Source: an uncultured Alphaproteobacteria bacterium (GTDB taxonomy: Bacteria > Pseudomonadota > Alphaproteobacteria > RF32 > CAG-239). Taken from it: a stretch of 64,000 nt of DNA. Position numbers and translations under genes: made by a program. This document shows, piece after piece, positions 29,601 to 39,379 of the stretch (position 1 is its first letter; every line of letters begins with the position of its first letter). A model generated the notes under the pieces. That model did no database searches and was not told where the DNA came from. It was given only the letters and a program-made list of their open reading frames with translations. Location of the stretch: NCBI GenBank assembly GCA_944390355.1, contig CALXPT010000004.1, forward strand, positions 1,077-65,076, given 5' to 3'.

Positions 29601-29987
29601 TTAGTTTGCATTTGCCAGAGAATCTTGTATGGCAATCGAACTGGCGGCGTCATCTCCGCCGATAAATTTCAACAATCCTGCCGTTCCGGCTATTATCATC
29701 AAGCCTATCATTATGGCCGAGAGCCATTTCCAGTTAACCGAGCCGAAAAAACTCCCTACGGCAATACCTACAATTCCGAATCCAGTAACGGCAAATATAA
29801 TTCCTTTTAGCCCCTCAAAAATTTCGGAACCGCTTTGGGTTAAATTCTCAAATAAGGCATATGCATTTGTTGTTGATACCATTAAGCACAACGCAACAAC
29901 TAATACATATTTATATGCTCTTTTTATTTTTATATTTTTAAAAAGGGAAAGAATACCAGAAAGTTCTCTTAGGTTGACCTTTTTCAT
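29601..29987 (-). CDS. virB2: VirB2/TrbC-type T-pilin paralog 2
   Basis: I moved the start to the ATG at 29987 (GGGGA RBS). Long leader ending TNAYA|L, then two hydrophobic helices. It shares FG-x-VG-x-A...NWKWLSA with paralog 1. Confidence 0.75.
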   Translation of the reverse strand: MKKVNLRELSGILSLFKNIKIKRAYKYVLVVALCLMVSTTNAYALFENLTQSGSEIFEGLKGIIFAVTGFGIVGIAVGSFFGSVNWKWLSAIMIGLMIIAGTAGLLKFIGGDDAASSIAIQDSLANAN

Positions 29988-30024
29988 ATTCTTTCCCCTT
30001 GTTTTTATTTCATTCGATTTGGAA

Positions 30025-30375
30025 TTACAAATTACCGAATGATGTTCCCAACTTATCCGTTGCAGCACTTGAACCGGTTGCATATTCTACAATTGCACTT
30101 GCAGCGGCCAAAATTGCCAAACCGGTTGCCAGAGCTGCCAGCCACTTAAAGTCAACTTTCTTGAAAATTGCAGCCCATGCCAAACCGACCAAACCGAAGC
30201 CGCCTAAAATATACACAATCGTCTTAACCGATCTAAACACATTACCGACTTTGGTGGCTGCCGTATCCATCACCGTATCACCACTTGCCGCAAAAGCATT
30301 TCCCGATATTAAACTCAAAAATGCAAATATCAGCGTCGACAATGTCCATACATTATTTTTTAAGAATTGCATCAT
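30025..30375 (-). CDS. virB2: VirB2/TrbC-type T-pilin paralog 1
   Basis: I moved the start to the ATG at 30375 (AGGAG RBS). Leader ending GNAFA|A, two hydrophobic helices (TIVYILGGFGLVGLAWAAIF, LAALATGLAILAAASAIV). It is the first gene of the operon. Confidence 0.75.
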   Translation of the reverse strand: MMQFLKNNVWTLSTLIFAFLSLISGNAFAASGDTVMDTAATKVGNVFRSVKTIVYILGGFGLVGLAWAAIFKKVDFKWLAALATGLAILAAASAIVEYATGSSAATDKLGTSFGNL

Positions 30376-30659
30376 CTTTCTCCTTCTTATTAACATACCT
30401 ATCTATTATGATATATTATTCTTGGTCTTTTGACCAGTTTTTTTTCATTATCACAATACATAGCAACATATTGTATATTCACGATATTTTGTTTTGAAAC
30501 AAAACTTTAACATTATCTCAATCGTAAATGTTATTCTTTTTCTAGCATAAAAAAGTAAATTTTTTGATAATATTAATTTCCGCAAAATTCTGGGTATAAC
30601 ATGACAAAGCCTTTGCCAAGTTTTGCTTTTTGTTTTATTTAGTTTTTTAGAGGAATATA
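30376..30659. promoter_or_regulatory. Divergent intergenic control region between the T4SS operon (minus) and the pilus operon (plus)
   Basis: 284-bp AT-rich gap between two divergent first genes. It contains small palindromes TGGTC-tttt-GACCA (30423..30436) and GTTTTG-aaa-CAAAAC (about 30491..30505). I could not place -35/-10 boxes confidently. Confidence 0.4.
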
Positions 30660-32582
30660 ATGATAAAAACAGGCTTGACATCTTTTATTTACAGTTTTGT
30701 TTTGTCTTTGTTTGTATTTTTTGGTATAGACAAGGCTTTTTTTTCTACGCAAAAAAAAGCCGAAACATCCCTTCCTCGAGGAAATATCTCTCTTTTTTTA
30801 AAGAAAAATACGGTTCATGATGAGAGGGGCAGACTCTCTGAAAATAAAATTAATTTATTTAAATCGTCTTTTTCTACTGACGAAGCCTTATTGCCGCCCG
30901 CATCCCGCGACGATATTGTTGAAGCAGACATAAATGATATTTTGGTTTCATCCCTCGCCGATAATGATGTTGCTCATAAGGAAAAGGCAAATCTGCATAA
31001 TCTTAAAGAAAATACCTCCAAAGAAAATGATACAAGTACTTTTACTTCCTCTAACGAGATTGCCCCTCCCCTCTTAGAGAATGAGGGCAAAGAACTAAAT
31101 ATTGTTTCCGAAAAAGAACACCGCTCTCAAATGGTTTTAGCTTCGGTCAAAGCTCTTTCGGACACAGAAGAAGAAAATCATCAGATTTCTTTTAATGATG
31201 AAGATGATACCGACATGATTAAGGTAGATGTTAAAACTTCTTTCTCTCAACCTATCGTTCTAAGCAAAGCCTCTACGGGATCGGCAAGTGATGAAGATGT
31301 TTCCATGCGGGCTCAACCATTCCAAGTTGCCGAAAACATTAATACACCCAAACAGCTCATTCAAAAAGTGAGAACCAATGAATTATTAATTCCTCTGCAA
31401 AAAAACAAAGCATTACCTCAGTTCGCATCAAAAAAAATTCATATCAATACCGATGTTGCCGATGCTCAAGTGGCTATGTTGAATTTTGACAAACCCATTG
31501 ATTCAATTATAGACAAAGAGAAAGAAGAAAAAAAGTCCCAACAAGCTCAAGAGACAAAATGGCAGACCATGTCCTCTATCTCCGGTGAAGAAATAAAGAA
31601 GAGAGAAGTTAAAGATATTTATAATACTTCTCAAGTCGACACTCTGACTTCAGACAAATTACCCGATAGTGAAAAAGCTTCGACATCGTTTAGCGAATCC
31701 AGCGAAACTTCCTCATCTCCTTGGGTCGCTGTCAAAGGAACGAAATTTCCTAAAAACAGCGAAATACTCAATAAACCTTATTACTTAGATGCCGATGAGG
31801 AGAAAATTTCAGGAATTTTGAATAAAAAAAACAGCTCTACCCCCAATGAGGTTAAAGTTGCCGGCGAAGTCTTGGACAATATTTTAATTCCTATTCCTCA
31901 AGATATTTTAGATAACAAAGATTTAATGCCCAATTTGGTTTCTGATCCCGACAATAAAAAACTAGAGAATGAACTTTTAGCCAAAGAAACCGGCACTGTT
32001 TATACCGATAAAGATGATGATGTTCCTTTTATCGGCGAAGAAGAAAATAAAAACAGCGAATCCAACAATGAAAAAGGTGAGAAAAAAAACATTTTTCAAA
32101 GTATCGCGTCTTTTTTCACCCCTTCAAGCGATACATCCGAGGAAGGTGTTTCCTTAGGTCTTCAAAATAACGAACGATTACTCGCCACGCAGAAACATGC
32201 CAAACGATTTTCTAATCAAGAAAAAATCAGATCTAACGGGAAAATTCTTCCTTCAGAAATGAGATTGTCTTTTCAAAACGGAAAAGCTGAAATTTCCGGA
32301 AAAACGCTTGATTGGATTAAAGCATTCGGACAGAAAGCTTTAACCAACAGCGATCAAATTTTGGAAATTCGTATTGACGGAACCAGTTCTATCGATATCC
32401 AGCAAAAAAGATTAAATTTGTTATACAATATTTTAACTAATTTGGGATTAGAATACAGCAAAGTCAATACAGTTTTCACGCACAGAGGAGCAAATACTTT
32501 TATTCTCCGCGTCGTGAAAGCCGGCGAAGACAGTGACAAGAAGCGCTATGACCCTGCTTCGATTTACTACAGAAAGTGGTGA
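30660..32582 (+). CDS. 640-aa membrane-anchored acidic protein of unknown function, first gene of the pilus operon
   Basis: AGAGGA RBS and N-terminal TM (FIYSFVLSLFVFFGI). It has about 500 aa of D/E/S/K-rich low-complexity sequence. The last ~100 aa (LSFQNGKAEISGKTLDWIKAF...ILEIRIDGTSS...RLNLLYNILTNLGL) look weakly OmpA_C-like, without clear peptidoglycan-binding residues. Confidence 0.6.
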   Translation: MIKTGLTSFIYSFVLSLFVFFGIDKAFFSTQKKAETSLPRGNISLFLKKNTVHDERGRLSENKINLFKSSFSTDEALLPPASRDDIVEADINDILVSSLADNDVAHKEKANLHNLKENTSKENDTSTFTSSNEIAPPLLENEGKELNIVSEKEHRSQMVLASVKALSDTEEENHQISFNDEDDTDMIKVDVKTSFSQPIVLSKASTGSASDEDVSMRAQPFQVAENINTPKQLIQKVRTNELLIPLQKNKALPQFASKKIHINTDVADAQVAMLNFDKPIDSIIDKEKEEKKSQQAQETKWQTMSSISGEEIKKREVKDIYNTSQVDTLTSDKLPDSEKASTSFSESSETSSSPWVAVKGTKFPKNSEILNKPYYLDADEEKISGILNKKNSSTPNEVKVAGEVLDNILIPIPQDILDNKDLMPNLVSDPDNKKLENELLAKETGTVYTDKDDDVPFIGEEENKNSESNNEKGEKKNIFQSIASFFTPSSDTSEEGVSLGLQNNERLLATQKHAKRFSNQEKIRSNGKILPSEMRLSFQNGKAEISGKTLDWIKAFGQKALTNSDQILEIRIDGTSSIDIQQKRLNLLYNILTNLGLEYSKVNTVFTHRGANTFILRVVKAGEDSDKKRYDPASIYYRKW

Positions 32583-32678
32583 GGTTGTATTGGTTATAAG
32601 TTGCGTCTCGAGCTTGATTAATTGTTTTCAACATGTATTATAGGTATTAAGAACATGAGAATTTATTGCTTAAGGAAT

Positions 32679-33317
32679 ATGAAAATGAATGCAAAAACAA
32701 ACTTAACGGCACTCGGGCTGATTTTGTTTGCTCTTTCAGGCTGTGCTTCTTCAGCTCCAGTCGTTCAGGTTGTCCCTTGCGATCAAGAAATGTCTGGCGG
32801 CAATTTTGCTCCTTCCAGTGATGATGCCACGCTTGTTAATTATACGCAAACAGACGGTAACTACAGAGAGTTTGGTGAAAGAGCTCCTCGTGATCAATAT
32901 ATTACTCAAGCCGGTGCGGGAAATAATATTTCTGCCTCAATTCCCCCTCGCGCCGATGATGAATATTTGGATTATGAGGAAGAGTTAATTGATGAGAATC
33001 CTGACGGAGATGCTTCTGCCGGTAGTGAAAGCGGATATAATGTTGAAGATCCTGTCGATGACTGGTTGGCAGAAGAAGGAAAGTCTTTGAAAGCTTTGCT
33101 GTCGGAATGGAGTGAAAAATCCGGTTGGCGTTTGATATGGAAATCTAACCGTAATTATACTTTAACAGCAGGTGCTATGTTTAGAGGACGATTTGCAGAT
33201 GTCAGTTCTGCTTTAATTAGAGCCTTTGCTCGCGCAAAGCCTGCTCCTATCGGCACATTTTACAAAGGTAACAGAGTTTTAGTTGTAGAGACATTGGAGG
33301 ATGAAAATGCGTTTTAA
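32679..33317 (+). CDS. pilL: PilL-like lipoprotein with a TcpQ-type C-terminal domain (R64/PAPI-1 nomenclature)
   Basis: Lipobox FALSGC|A. The C-terminus DDWLAEEGKSLKALLSEWSEKSGWRLIWKSNRNYTLTAGAMFRGRFADVSSALIRAF matches the TcpQ/PilL domain pattern. The start could be 32679 or 32685. Confidence 0.65.
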   Translation: MKMNAKTNLTALGLILFALSGCASSAPVVQVVPCDQEMSGGNFAPSSDDATLVNYTQTDGNYREFGERAPRDQYITQAGAGNNISASIPPRADDEYLDYEEELIDENPDGDASAGSESGYNVEDPVDDWLAEEGKSLKALLSEWSEKSGWRLIWKSNRNYTLTAGAMFRGRFADVSSALIRAFARAKPAPIGTFYKGNRVLVVETLEDENAF

Positions 33318-34908
33318 TGGGTTTATAAAATATGGCGTATGCTTGGCATTTTTTTCTATAGCCGCCGCATGCTCAATGTCTACTGGAATGGATGCTCTTT
33401 TAGAGAAAGAGGTAAAGAATGCAGCAACGTTACAAGAAGTTGCCAAAGCTCCGACGGATATTGCGCCTGATGATGTCGTTCGTGTGAAAAATGATATTTG
33501 GCTCGGAGATTCAAGCGAAATTGAGTATGAAGGACAGCCTATTCCGTCTTATCTTGAAGGAAAAGAAGGAATTACTTTGATTAGTAATCGACCTATTTCT
33601 CTTTATGAAATCGGCGATATGATTAATAAAATTACTTCTTTGAAAGTCAGATTTGCTCCTTCCTTGGAAAAAGATATTCAGTCTGTTGCCGCGGAAAATA
33701 AACCTGATTTGGAGACTGTTAATTCTGATTGGGCTGAACCAACAAAGATGCTGGTCTCCTACAGAGGCCCATTAAGCGGCTTATTAGATGAGTTAGCTTC
33801 TCGTTTTGGTATTTGGTGGAAGTATGATAAAAAAGAAATTTATTTCTATAAATACCAGACAAGAACATTTGTTTTGTATAGCTTGCCGACAAAACCAACC
33901 TTGAGTGTTAATGTCGGCGGTTCTGCAGAAGGCGGCGGCGGAAACTCTGCTTTGACTTTGTCAAGTTCAGCTGAAGTGGAATTATGGGGAAATATTGAAA
34001 AAGCCATTACATCAATGATTTCCGAGGGCGCAAAATTAACGATCGATTCTGCAAACGGCACAATTTCGTTAACGGCTACACCTACCGATATTGCAAAGGT
34101 TGCTAAGTTTATCAATGAGCAAAATGCCAGATTATCAAGACAGGTTGCCATTAGCGTTAAGGTTTTGCAAGTTTCCGTTGATGACGGGGATTCTTACGGC
34201 TTGAATCTTAATGCTGCTTTTGATGATGGAAAATCCAGCGTTTCTATTTTGAGCCCGAACAGCGTACTCTCAAGTGATGCTTCTAATAATTTGGAAATGC
34301 GTGTTATGCCAGGAAATTGGAATATTAATGCAAGCATCACTGCCTTGTCTACTCAAGGAAATACGAATATGGTTACAAGCGGCACAATTACAACATTAAA
34401 CAATAAGCCAGCTCCTATCCAGGTTGTTCGTAAACAAAACTACATTTCCGAAATTACAAAGACAAATAGTGGCGGAGATGGGGATTACTATGATGTTTCT
34501 ACGGAAACGGAAGAAATTGAAACAGGTTTTACTTTAGATGTTTTGCCTAGAATTTTGGAACACGGGCGTTTGCTTTTGATGTTTAATTTGACCTTGTCTG
34601 ATTTGATTTCTTTGGAGAGAGTTCCTTTGAGTAATAATGATGATGGTCAATATATCCAGAACCCGATTATCGAATCTAGAGGTTTTACGCAAGAAGTTGC
34701 TTTGAAGTCGGGCGAATCCTTGGTTTTGACCGGATATGAAAGAGTTGAGAATTCTGCTGATAAGGCAGGTGTTGGCTCGGCAACTAATTCTTTATTAGGT
34801 GGTTCCGTGCAAGCTACCAGAAAACGTAGCATTTTGGTTATCATCTTAACGCCCGTTGTTTTGGAATCCCCTTTGAATCCTGAAACAAGAGTCACGAACA
34901 GCATTTAA
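33307..34908 (+). CDS. pilN: Type IVb pilus secretin lipoprotein (PilN-like)
   Basis: I chose the start at 33307 (GGAGG 6 nt upstream). Lipobox IAAAC|S. Secretin core: VAISVKVLQVSVDDGDSYGLN...LSTQGNTNMVTSGTITTLNNKPAPIQV...GFTLDVLPRI. Confidence 0.85.
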   Translation: MRFNGFIKYGVCLAFFSIAAACSMSTGMDALLEKEVKNAATLQEVAKAPTDIAPDDVVRVKNDIWLGDSSEIEYEGQPIPSYLEGKEGITLISNRPISLYEIGDMINKITSLKVRFAPSLEKDIQSVAAENKPDLETVNSDWAEPTKMLVSYRGPLSGLLDELASRFGIWWKYDKKEIYFYKYQTRTFVLYSLPTKPTLSVNVGGSAEGGGGNSALTLSSSAEVELWGNIEKAITSMISEGAKLTIDSANGTISLTATPTDIAKVAKFINEQNARLSRQVAISVKVLQVSVDDGDSYGLNLNAAFDDGKSSVSILSPNSVLSSDASNNLEMRVMPGNWNINASITALSTQGNTNMVTSGTITTLNNKPAPIQVVRKQNYISEITKTNSGGDGDYYDVSTETEEIETGFTLDVLPRILEHGRLLLMFNLTLSDLISLERVPLSNNDDGQYIQNPIIESRGFTQEVALKSGESLVLTGYERVENSADKAGVGSATNSLLGGSVQATRKRSILVIILTPVVLESPLNPETRVTNSI

Positions 34909-34928
34909 TTTTCGTAAGGATATTTACC

Positions 34929-36206
34929 GTGTTAGAAGATGCTAAATTGTTAGACCAAGATTACGAATCCAATACTACGAGAGTTTCTCCTCATATTACT
35001 ATTGGAGACGTTACCTATGCGACAGGTTTATTTTGGCAGCCTCTGCAAAATACTGATGATCCGGTTAGCGAGGTAAGTGATGCGTCTTCCGGTATTTTAG
35101 AAGGTGCAGATCTTTTTTGCATAAAGCAAGGAAAGGCTCCGCAGTTTGGTATTTGTGCTTCATCTCAAGGTTATAAGACGGGGCAATTTGCCGGAGCAGT
35201 AACCCTTTCAACTGCATTAGGGAACTTATCTTCTTTTGTTGCTGTATTTAAAGTTGACAAGGGTTGGTGGTATGTATGTGTCAGAAATGATATCATTCTA
35301 TCTGATGGTGATATTGTTTTCTTGAATGAGAAAGAAGCTAAGGATCAATTTGTTTCTATGCTTGCCGTGCCTGATTGGGGACGAAAAATTGCGCCTAAGG
35401 AATGGGGGATTGACGGGACAGAAGATGTTGACGTTGCTTCGTTGATGAGCAAAGGTGTTCGTGTTAAATTACAAAAGATAAAGGCTTTACGAGGAACAAA
35501 ATTGTATATGGTTATTGCAATTTCTTCAATTGTTGCTTTATGGCTAATATCTGCTGTTATTAATAATATTCTTTTAGCTCCGCCTAAGAGACCAATGATT
35601 CAGCCTATTCAACCAAAGGCTATTGTAAAAAAAGAAGTTCCTTTGCCTCCGGAAGATATTCCGTGGGAGAAGTTAAAAGATCCAGTCAGTATTTTAGAGA
35701 GATGCTATAATAATATTGCGGCATTGGCTCAAATTTCAACTCCTGGCTGGGTTATGAGTGAGATTACGTGTAATGCCGGAGGAGCATCTACTTCGTGGAT
35801 ACGAAGTACTGGGCGTATTCTGTATGTTAATGATGCTATGGAGAAATCTGGTTTAAATTTTGCATCTAAGAGTTTTGATGCTGAAGGAAATGTGCTTGCG
35901 GCAAGTGTTTCGATTGGGGATATTTCTGTTAGAAATGACAAGCCAAACAGGAATATTAATGACTTGAGAAATACTCTCAACGATTTTTTCCAAGCAATTA
36001 ATCATGATGTTGCACTAATGGATGGTGAATATACTTCTAATAGGAAAAATATTTATCGTTTCATTAAGTTTAAGTTTTCATCTGTTAACAATCCTATGGT
36101 ATGGAAAGATTTGTTAACAAAATTTTCAGGACTTGAGATTAGTATGATTAAATATAATAATAATGGAAACTTGTGGGATTATGAAGGAGTCATCTATGCG
36201 TTATAA
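34929..36206 (+). CDS. pilO: PilO-like type IVb pilus assembly protein (bitopic)
   Basis: GTG start with AAGGA 8 nt upstream. 425 aa with a central TM (LYMVIAISSIVALWLISAVI). Size and position after the secretin match R64 PilO / PAPI-1 PilO2. I saw no diagnostic motif. Confidence 0.55.
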   Translation: MLEDAKLLDQDYESNTTRVSPHITIGDVTYATGLFWQPLQNTDDPVSEVSDASSGILEGADLFCIKQGKAPQFGICASSQGYKTGQFAGAVTLSTALGNLSSFVAVFKVDKGWWYVCVRNDIILSDGDIVFLNEKEAKDQFVSMLAVPDWGRKIAPKEWGIDGTEDVDVASLMSKGVRVKLQKIKALRGTKLYMVIAISSIVALWLISAVINNILLAPPKRPMIQPIQPKAIVKKEVPLPPEDIPWEKLKDPVSILERCYNNIAALAQISTPGWVMSEITCNAGGASTSWIRSTGRILYVNDAMEKSGLNFASKSFDAEGNVLAASVSIGDISVRNDKPNRNINDLRNTLNDFFQAINHDVALMDGEYTSNRKNIYRFIKFKFSSVNNPMVWKDLLTKFSGLEISMIKYNNNGNLWDYEGVIYAL

Positions 36207-37650
36207 GTTTAGAAATATTTTATCGACAACAGCTTTAGCCTTGATATTAGGTTTAGCAATGTCTTCACCTGCAAGTGCCGTGGACACTGTTGCGCAACCG
36301 GGGGGGATTGTCGGGGCTCCTGTTAACAATAATGTTATTACGCCCAGTGATCCTGTATTGCCCAATGCAAGTTCTCAGAATGCGGATCCTTTGCTTGGTA
36401 TGGCTAATGTGTCGGAAGGAAATGCTAATAATGATACGGCTAAAGCTCCTGCAGTAGCACCTTCTCCTTTGGCGTCTAAGAATCAAGGAAATGACGTTCC
36501 TCAGCTTTCTAAAGTAATGGCTAATGTGTCGGAAGGAAATGCTAATAATGATACGGCTAAAGCTCCTGCAGTAGCACCTTCTCCTTTGGCGTCTAAGAAT
36601 CAAGGAAATGACGTTCCTCAGCTTTCTAAAGTAGTTGATTCTTCTTATAATCCTTCATTAGATCCGATGCCAGACAATGAATTCGGAGAAAATATTTTGA
36701 ATAAATTTGATGATAATTTATTCTCTAAAATGTCTGATATCGAGAAACAATCAGCTTTACTGTCTTTGGAACTCAGAAGAGAAAAAATAAAAAGCGAAAT
36801 TGCCGCTATTCAAGCTCAACGTAAAAAAGCCGAAGCGGAGGAAATAGCCGCTTTAGAAGAAAGAGAAAGAAAAAAGCGTGAATGGGAAGAGGCTCAGGAG
36901 AAGATTCGTTTTGAACGAGAGCAAAAACGAAAAGAGCTTGAGATGAAGATGGAACGGCTTCGTCAAGAGAGAATTGTTAAGGCCTACAAGAACCAAATGC
37001 TTGTTGAAAAGCAGAAATGGATTGAAAACACTCAAAAGGTTTATAAAGAAATAGAGGAGATTGAAAAGGATAGAGCTTTTATTATTAGTGATTTTAAGAG
37101 AAAATTGAATAATTTGCGTAGTATTGCTGCGGCTGTCGTGGTTGAGGCAGGAAATGCAAAGAAACGTCATGAGAAAGATGTTTCAACTTTGAAGATGCAG
37201 ATTTCTGTTCTTAAAGCAAGATTGGAAGCAGAGCGGGCAGCTTGCAAAAAGGACAACCCTTTTTCTCAACTGCCGGCAGAAAAACAGATTAGGCTCGCCG
37301 ATGTTTATGCCGTCATGGAAATTGTCGGTAAAGGTGAAAATTTAGTTGCTAAATTGATTAATAAAAACGGCGATTATTTCTTGGTTAAGGAAGGAACCGT
37401 ATTACAGAGCGGGCATGTCGTTGATGAAATTTCTGAAACTTATGTTCGCGGTGATATTGACGGCGTAAAAGATTATCTTTATTTCGCAGCCGGCGGTATT
37501 TTGCAAAATGAGCCAGAATCCAGCAATGTATTGAATAGTTTGGCCGAAAACAAAGATACTCAAGACGGTGGCACTAAGGCTAAAACCCCCGGAGGGAATT
37601 TGATTCAATCTTCTCTTCCAAGCTTAGGAAATAGTATGTTTGTTAAGTAG
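36196..37650 (+). CDS. pilP: PilP-like pilot/alignment protein, expanded by a duplicated 39-aa segment and a long coiled coil
   Basis: I moved the start to the ATG at 36196 (AAGGAG 6 nt upstream). Signal peptide ALILGLAMSSPASA|V. The C-terminal beta domain IRLADVYAVMEIVGKGENLVAKLINKNGDYFLVKEGTVLQSGHVVDEI fits the PilP pattern. Confidence 0.55.
   Translation: MRYKFRNILSTTALALILGLAMSSPASAVDTVAQPGGIVGAPVNNNVITPSDPVLPNASSQNADPLLGMANVSEGNANNDTAKAPAVAPSPLASKNQGNDVPQLSKVMANVSEGNANNDTAKAPAVAPSPLASKNQGNDVPQLSKVVDSSYNPSLDPMPDNEFGENILNKFDDNLFSKMSDIEKQSALLSLELRREKIKSEIAAIQAQRKKAEAEEIAALEERERKKREWEEAQEKIRFEREQKRKELEMKMERLRQERIVKAYKNQMLVEKQKWIENTQKVYKEIEEIEKDRAFIISDFKRKLNNLRSIAAAVVVEAGNAKKRHEKDVSTLKMQISVLKARLEAERAACKKDNPFSQLPAEKQIRLADVYAVMEIVGKGENLVAKLINKNGDYFLVKEGTVLQSGHVVDEISETYVRGDIDGVKDYLYFAAGGILQNEPESSNVLNSLAENKDTQDGGTKAKTPGGNLIQSSLPSLGNSMFVK
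36400..36633 (+). repeat. Perfect 117-bp tandem duplication (2 copies) inside pilP
   Basis: 36400..36516 and 36517..36633 read identically by eye. Both encode MANVSEGNANNDTAKAPAVAPSPLASKNQGNDVPQLSKV. Confidence 0.9.
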
Positions 37651-37664
37651 CCGGAGTAAAAACC

Positions 37665-39356
37665 TTGGCAGAAGATACGGACGAAAAACAAGAGAATTTG
37701 CTTGATAGTGAAGGAACTGCAGATGCAAAACCTGCAGTTTCTTCCGATATTGAAAATACTGACAGCTATGATGTGCAAGCTGAGAAGGCACCCAATAAAA
37801 TTCAGTCTTATTTTCAGCATGGAAATCGTTTGTTAACTCTACCAAGTAATCCTGATCTTGTAATTAACGATGATACCAGACGTTTAGTCGCACTTTTTTC
37901 TGACGGACTTTTTTTAGTTGCCGAAACGCATAAGTTTGATGGTCGTGTTTTAAGTTTTGAAGTTTTAGCAAGAAAGAAAAAACTAAGTATCAGCAAACCT
38001 CAATATGTCAGTCAAAATGAGCTGAATGCTGTTTATGCTATCGGTGAACGAACAAATATTAATATTGAAGCTGATGAAGACTTAGCCCAATTGCAAATGC
38101 AGAAGGACTTTGTTAATGTGGTGTCTCGTGCAGCTTCTTCAAAGGTGTCTGATATTCATATCGTTGTTGGTAGCAGCACCCAAATTATGTTTCGTGTCAA
38201 CGGAATGATGGCGACCGTTATGGAATATAACAAAGACTGGGGTGAAGCATTTGTTCGTGCGGCTTTTGCTTCTGCAGATATTTCCGATTCAAACTATGCT
38301 CAAAACGAATTTCAGGGCGCACAAAAACTGGGAGCAACACCATTACGTGGTTCTAAAGGAAAATTGATGTTGCCTCACAATATATTGGCTATTCGTTTGC
38401 AATTTAATCCAATTGCTTTTGGTACGCAATATTTGGTTATGCGCTTGCTTTATGCCGATGATAACCCTGAAGGTTCTGGTGATTTGGCGTCTTTAGGCTT
38501 TGGCGAATATGAAGAAAATTTATTTTATCGTTTGCGAGCCGTTCCGACAGGATTAAGTATTGTGGCAGGACCTACCGGTTCCGGAAAAAGTACGACTTTG
38601 CAAAGAAACATGATTAAGCTTTTGCAAGAAAAGAACTACGAGATTAACTTAATTACCGTGGAAGACCCTCCTGAGTATCCGATTCCAGGGGCAAGGCAAA
38701 TGCCGGTTACCAATGCTAATACTGAAGAAGAAAAAGATGAAGAATTTACAAAAGCTTTGTCGGCGGCGTTGCGTTCTGACCCTGACGTTATGATGATTGG
38801 TGAAGTGCGCTCTATTGCTGCGGCAGAATTGACTTTTAAGGGGGCGTTGTCAGGACACGGTGTATGGACGACTTTGCACGCTAACTCGGCTCCTGCTATC
38901 ATTACTCGTTTGCGGGATATGGGCGTTAAAACTTTTATGCTTAATGACCCCGAACTCGTTAAAGGCCTTATTTCTCAACGTTTGTTTAGAAGATTGTGTC
39001 CTCACTGCAGAGTTTCGGTTAAAACTATGCTCGATTCCCCTGCCGTTCAACGTTTACGTACTGCTCTTGGTGATTTTGGGGTGGAGAATACTTATGTTCG
39101 CGGTTCAGGATGCAAATATTGTGATAATACGGGTATTCGCGGACGTATGTGTGTGCCTGAAATTATTTTACCAGATGCTACGTTTTTGGATTTAATGATT
39201 TCGGGAGAAACTCGTAAGGCTATTGATTATTGGACTAGCGATTTAAATGGTAGACCACTTAAAGATGCCGCTATTGAACGTATGCTTAAAGGCTACATTG
39301 ATTTGGAAGAAGTCGAAAGATGGTGTGGGTTGCTTGATCAACGTCCGGCTTATTAA
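37665..39356 (+). CDS. pilQ: GspE/PulE-family pilus assembly ATPase (PilQ in R64 nomenclature)
   Basis: TTG start with GGAG 9 nt upstream. Walker A VAGPTGSGKSTT, MIGEVRS and the His-box GHGVWTTLHAN. Tetracysteine CPHC...CKYC. Confidence 0.9.
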   Translation: MAEDTDEKQENLLDSEGTADAKPAVSSDIENTDSYDVQAEKAPNKIQSYFQHGNRLLTLPSNPDLVINDDTRRLVALFSDGLFLVAETHKFDGRVLSFEVLARKKKLSISKPQYVSQNELNAVYAIGERTNINIEADEDLAQLQMQKDFVNVVSRAASSKVSDIHIVVGSSTQIMFRVNGMMATVMEYNKDWGEAFVRAAFASADISDSNYAQNEFQGAQKLGATPLRGSKGKLMLPHNILAIRLQFNPIAFGTQYLVMRLLYADDNPEGSGDLASLGFGEYEENLFYRLRAVPTGLSIVAGPTGSGKSTTLQRNMIKLLQEKNYEINLITVEDPPEYPIPGARQMPVTNANTEEEKDEEFTKALSAALRSDPDVMMIGEVRSIAAAELTFKGALSGHGVWTTLHANSAPAIITRLRDMGVKTFMLNDPELVKGLISQRLFRRLCPHCRVSVKTMLDSPAVQRLRTALGDFGVENTYVRGSGCKYCDNTGIRGRMCVPEIILPDATFLDLMISGETRKAIDYWTSDLNGRPLKDAAIERMLKGYIDLEEVERWCGLLDQRPAY

Positions 39357-39379
39357 AATAGAAAAGAAAGAGGTTAATT

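Noticed and set aside
36265-36603. 112-aa minus-strand ORF with an internal repeat (…RRQRRRCYCRSFSRIIISISFRHISH… twice)
   Set aside because: Its repeat simply mirrors the 117-bp tandem duplication in pilP on the other strand. It is not an independent gene.
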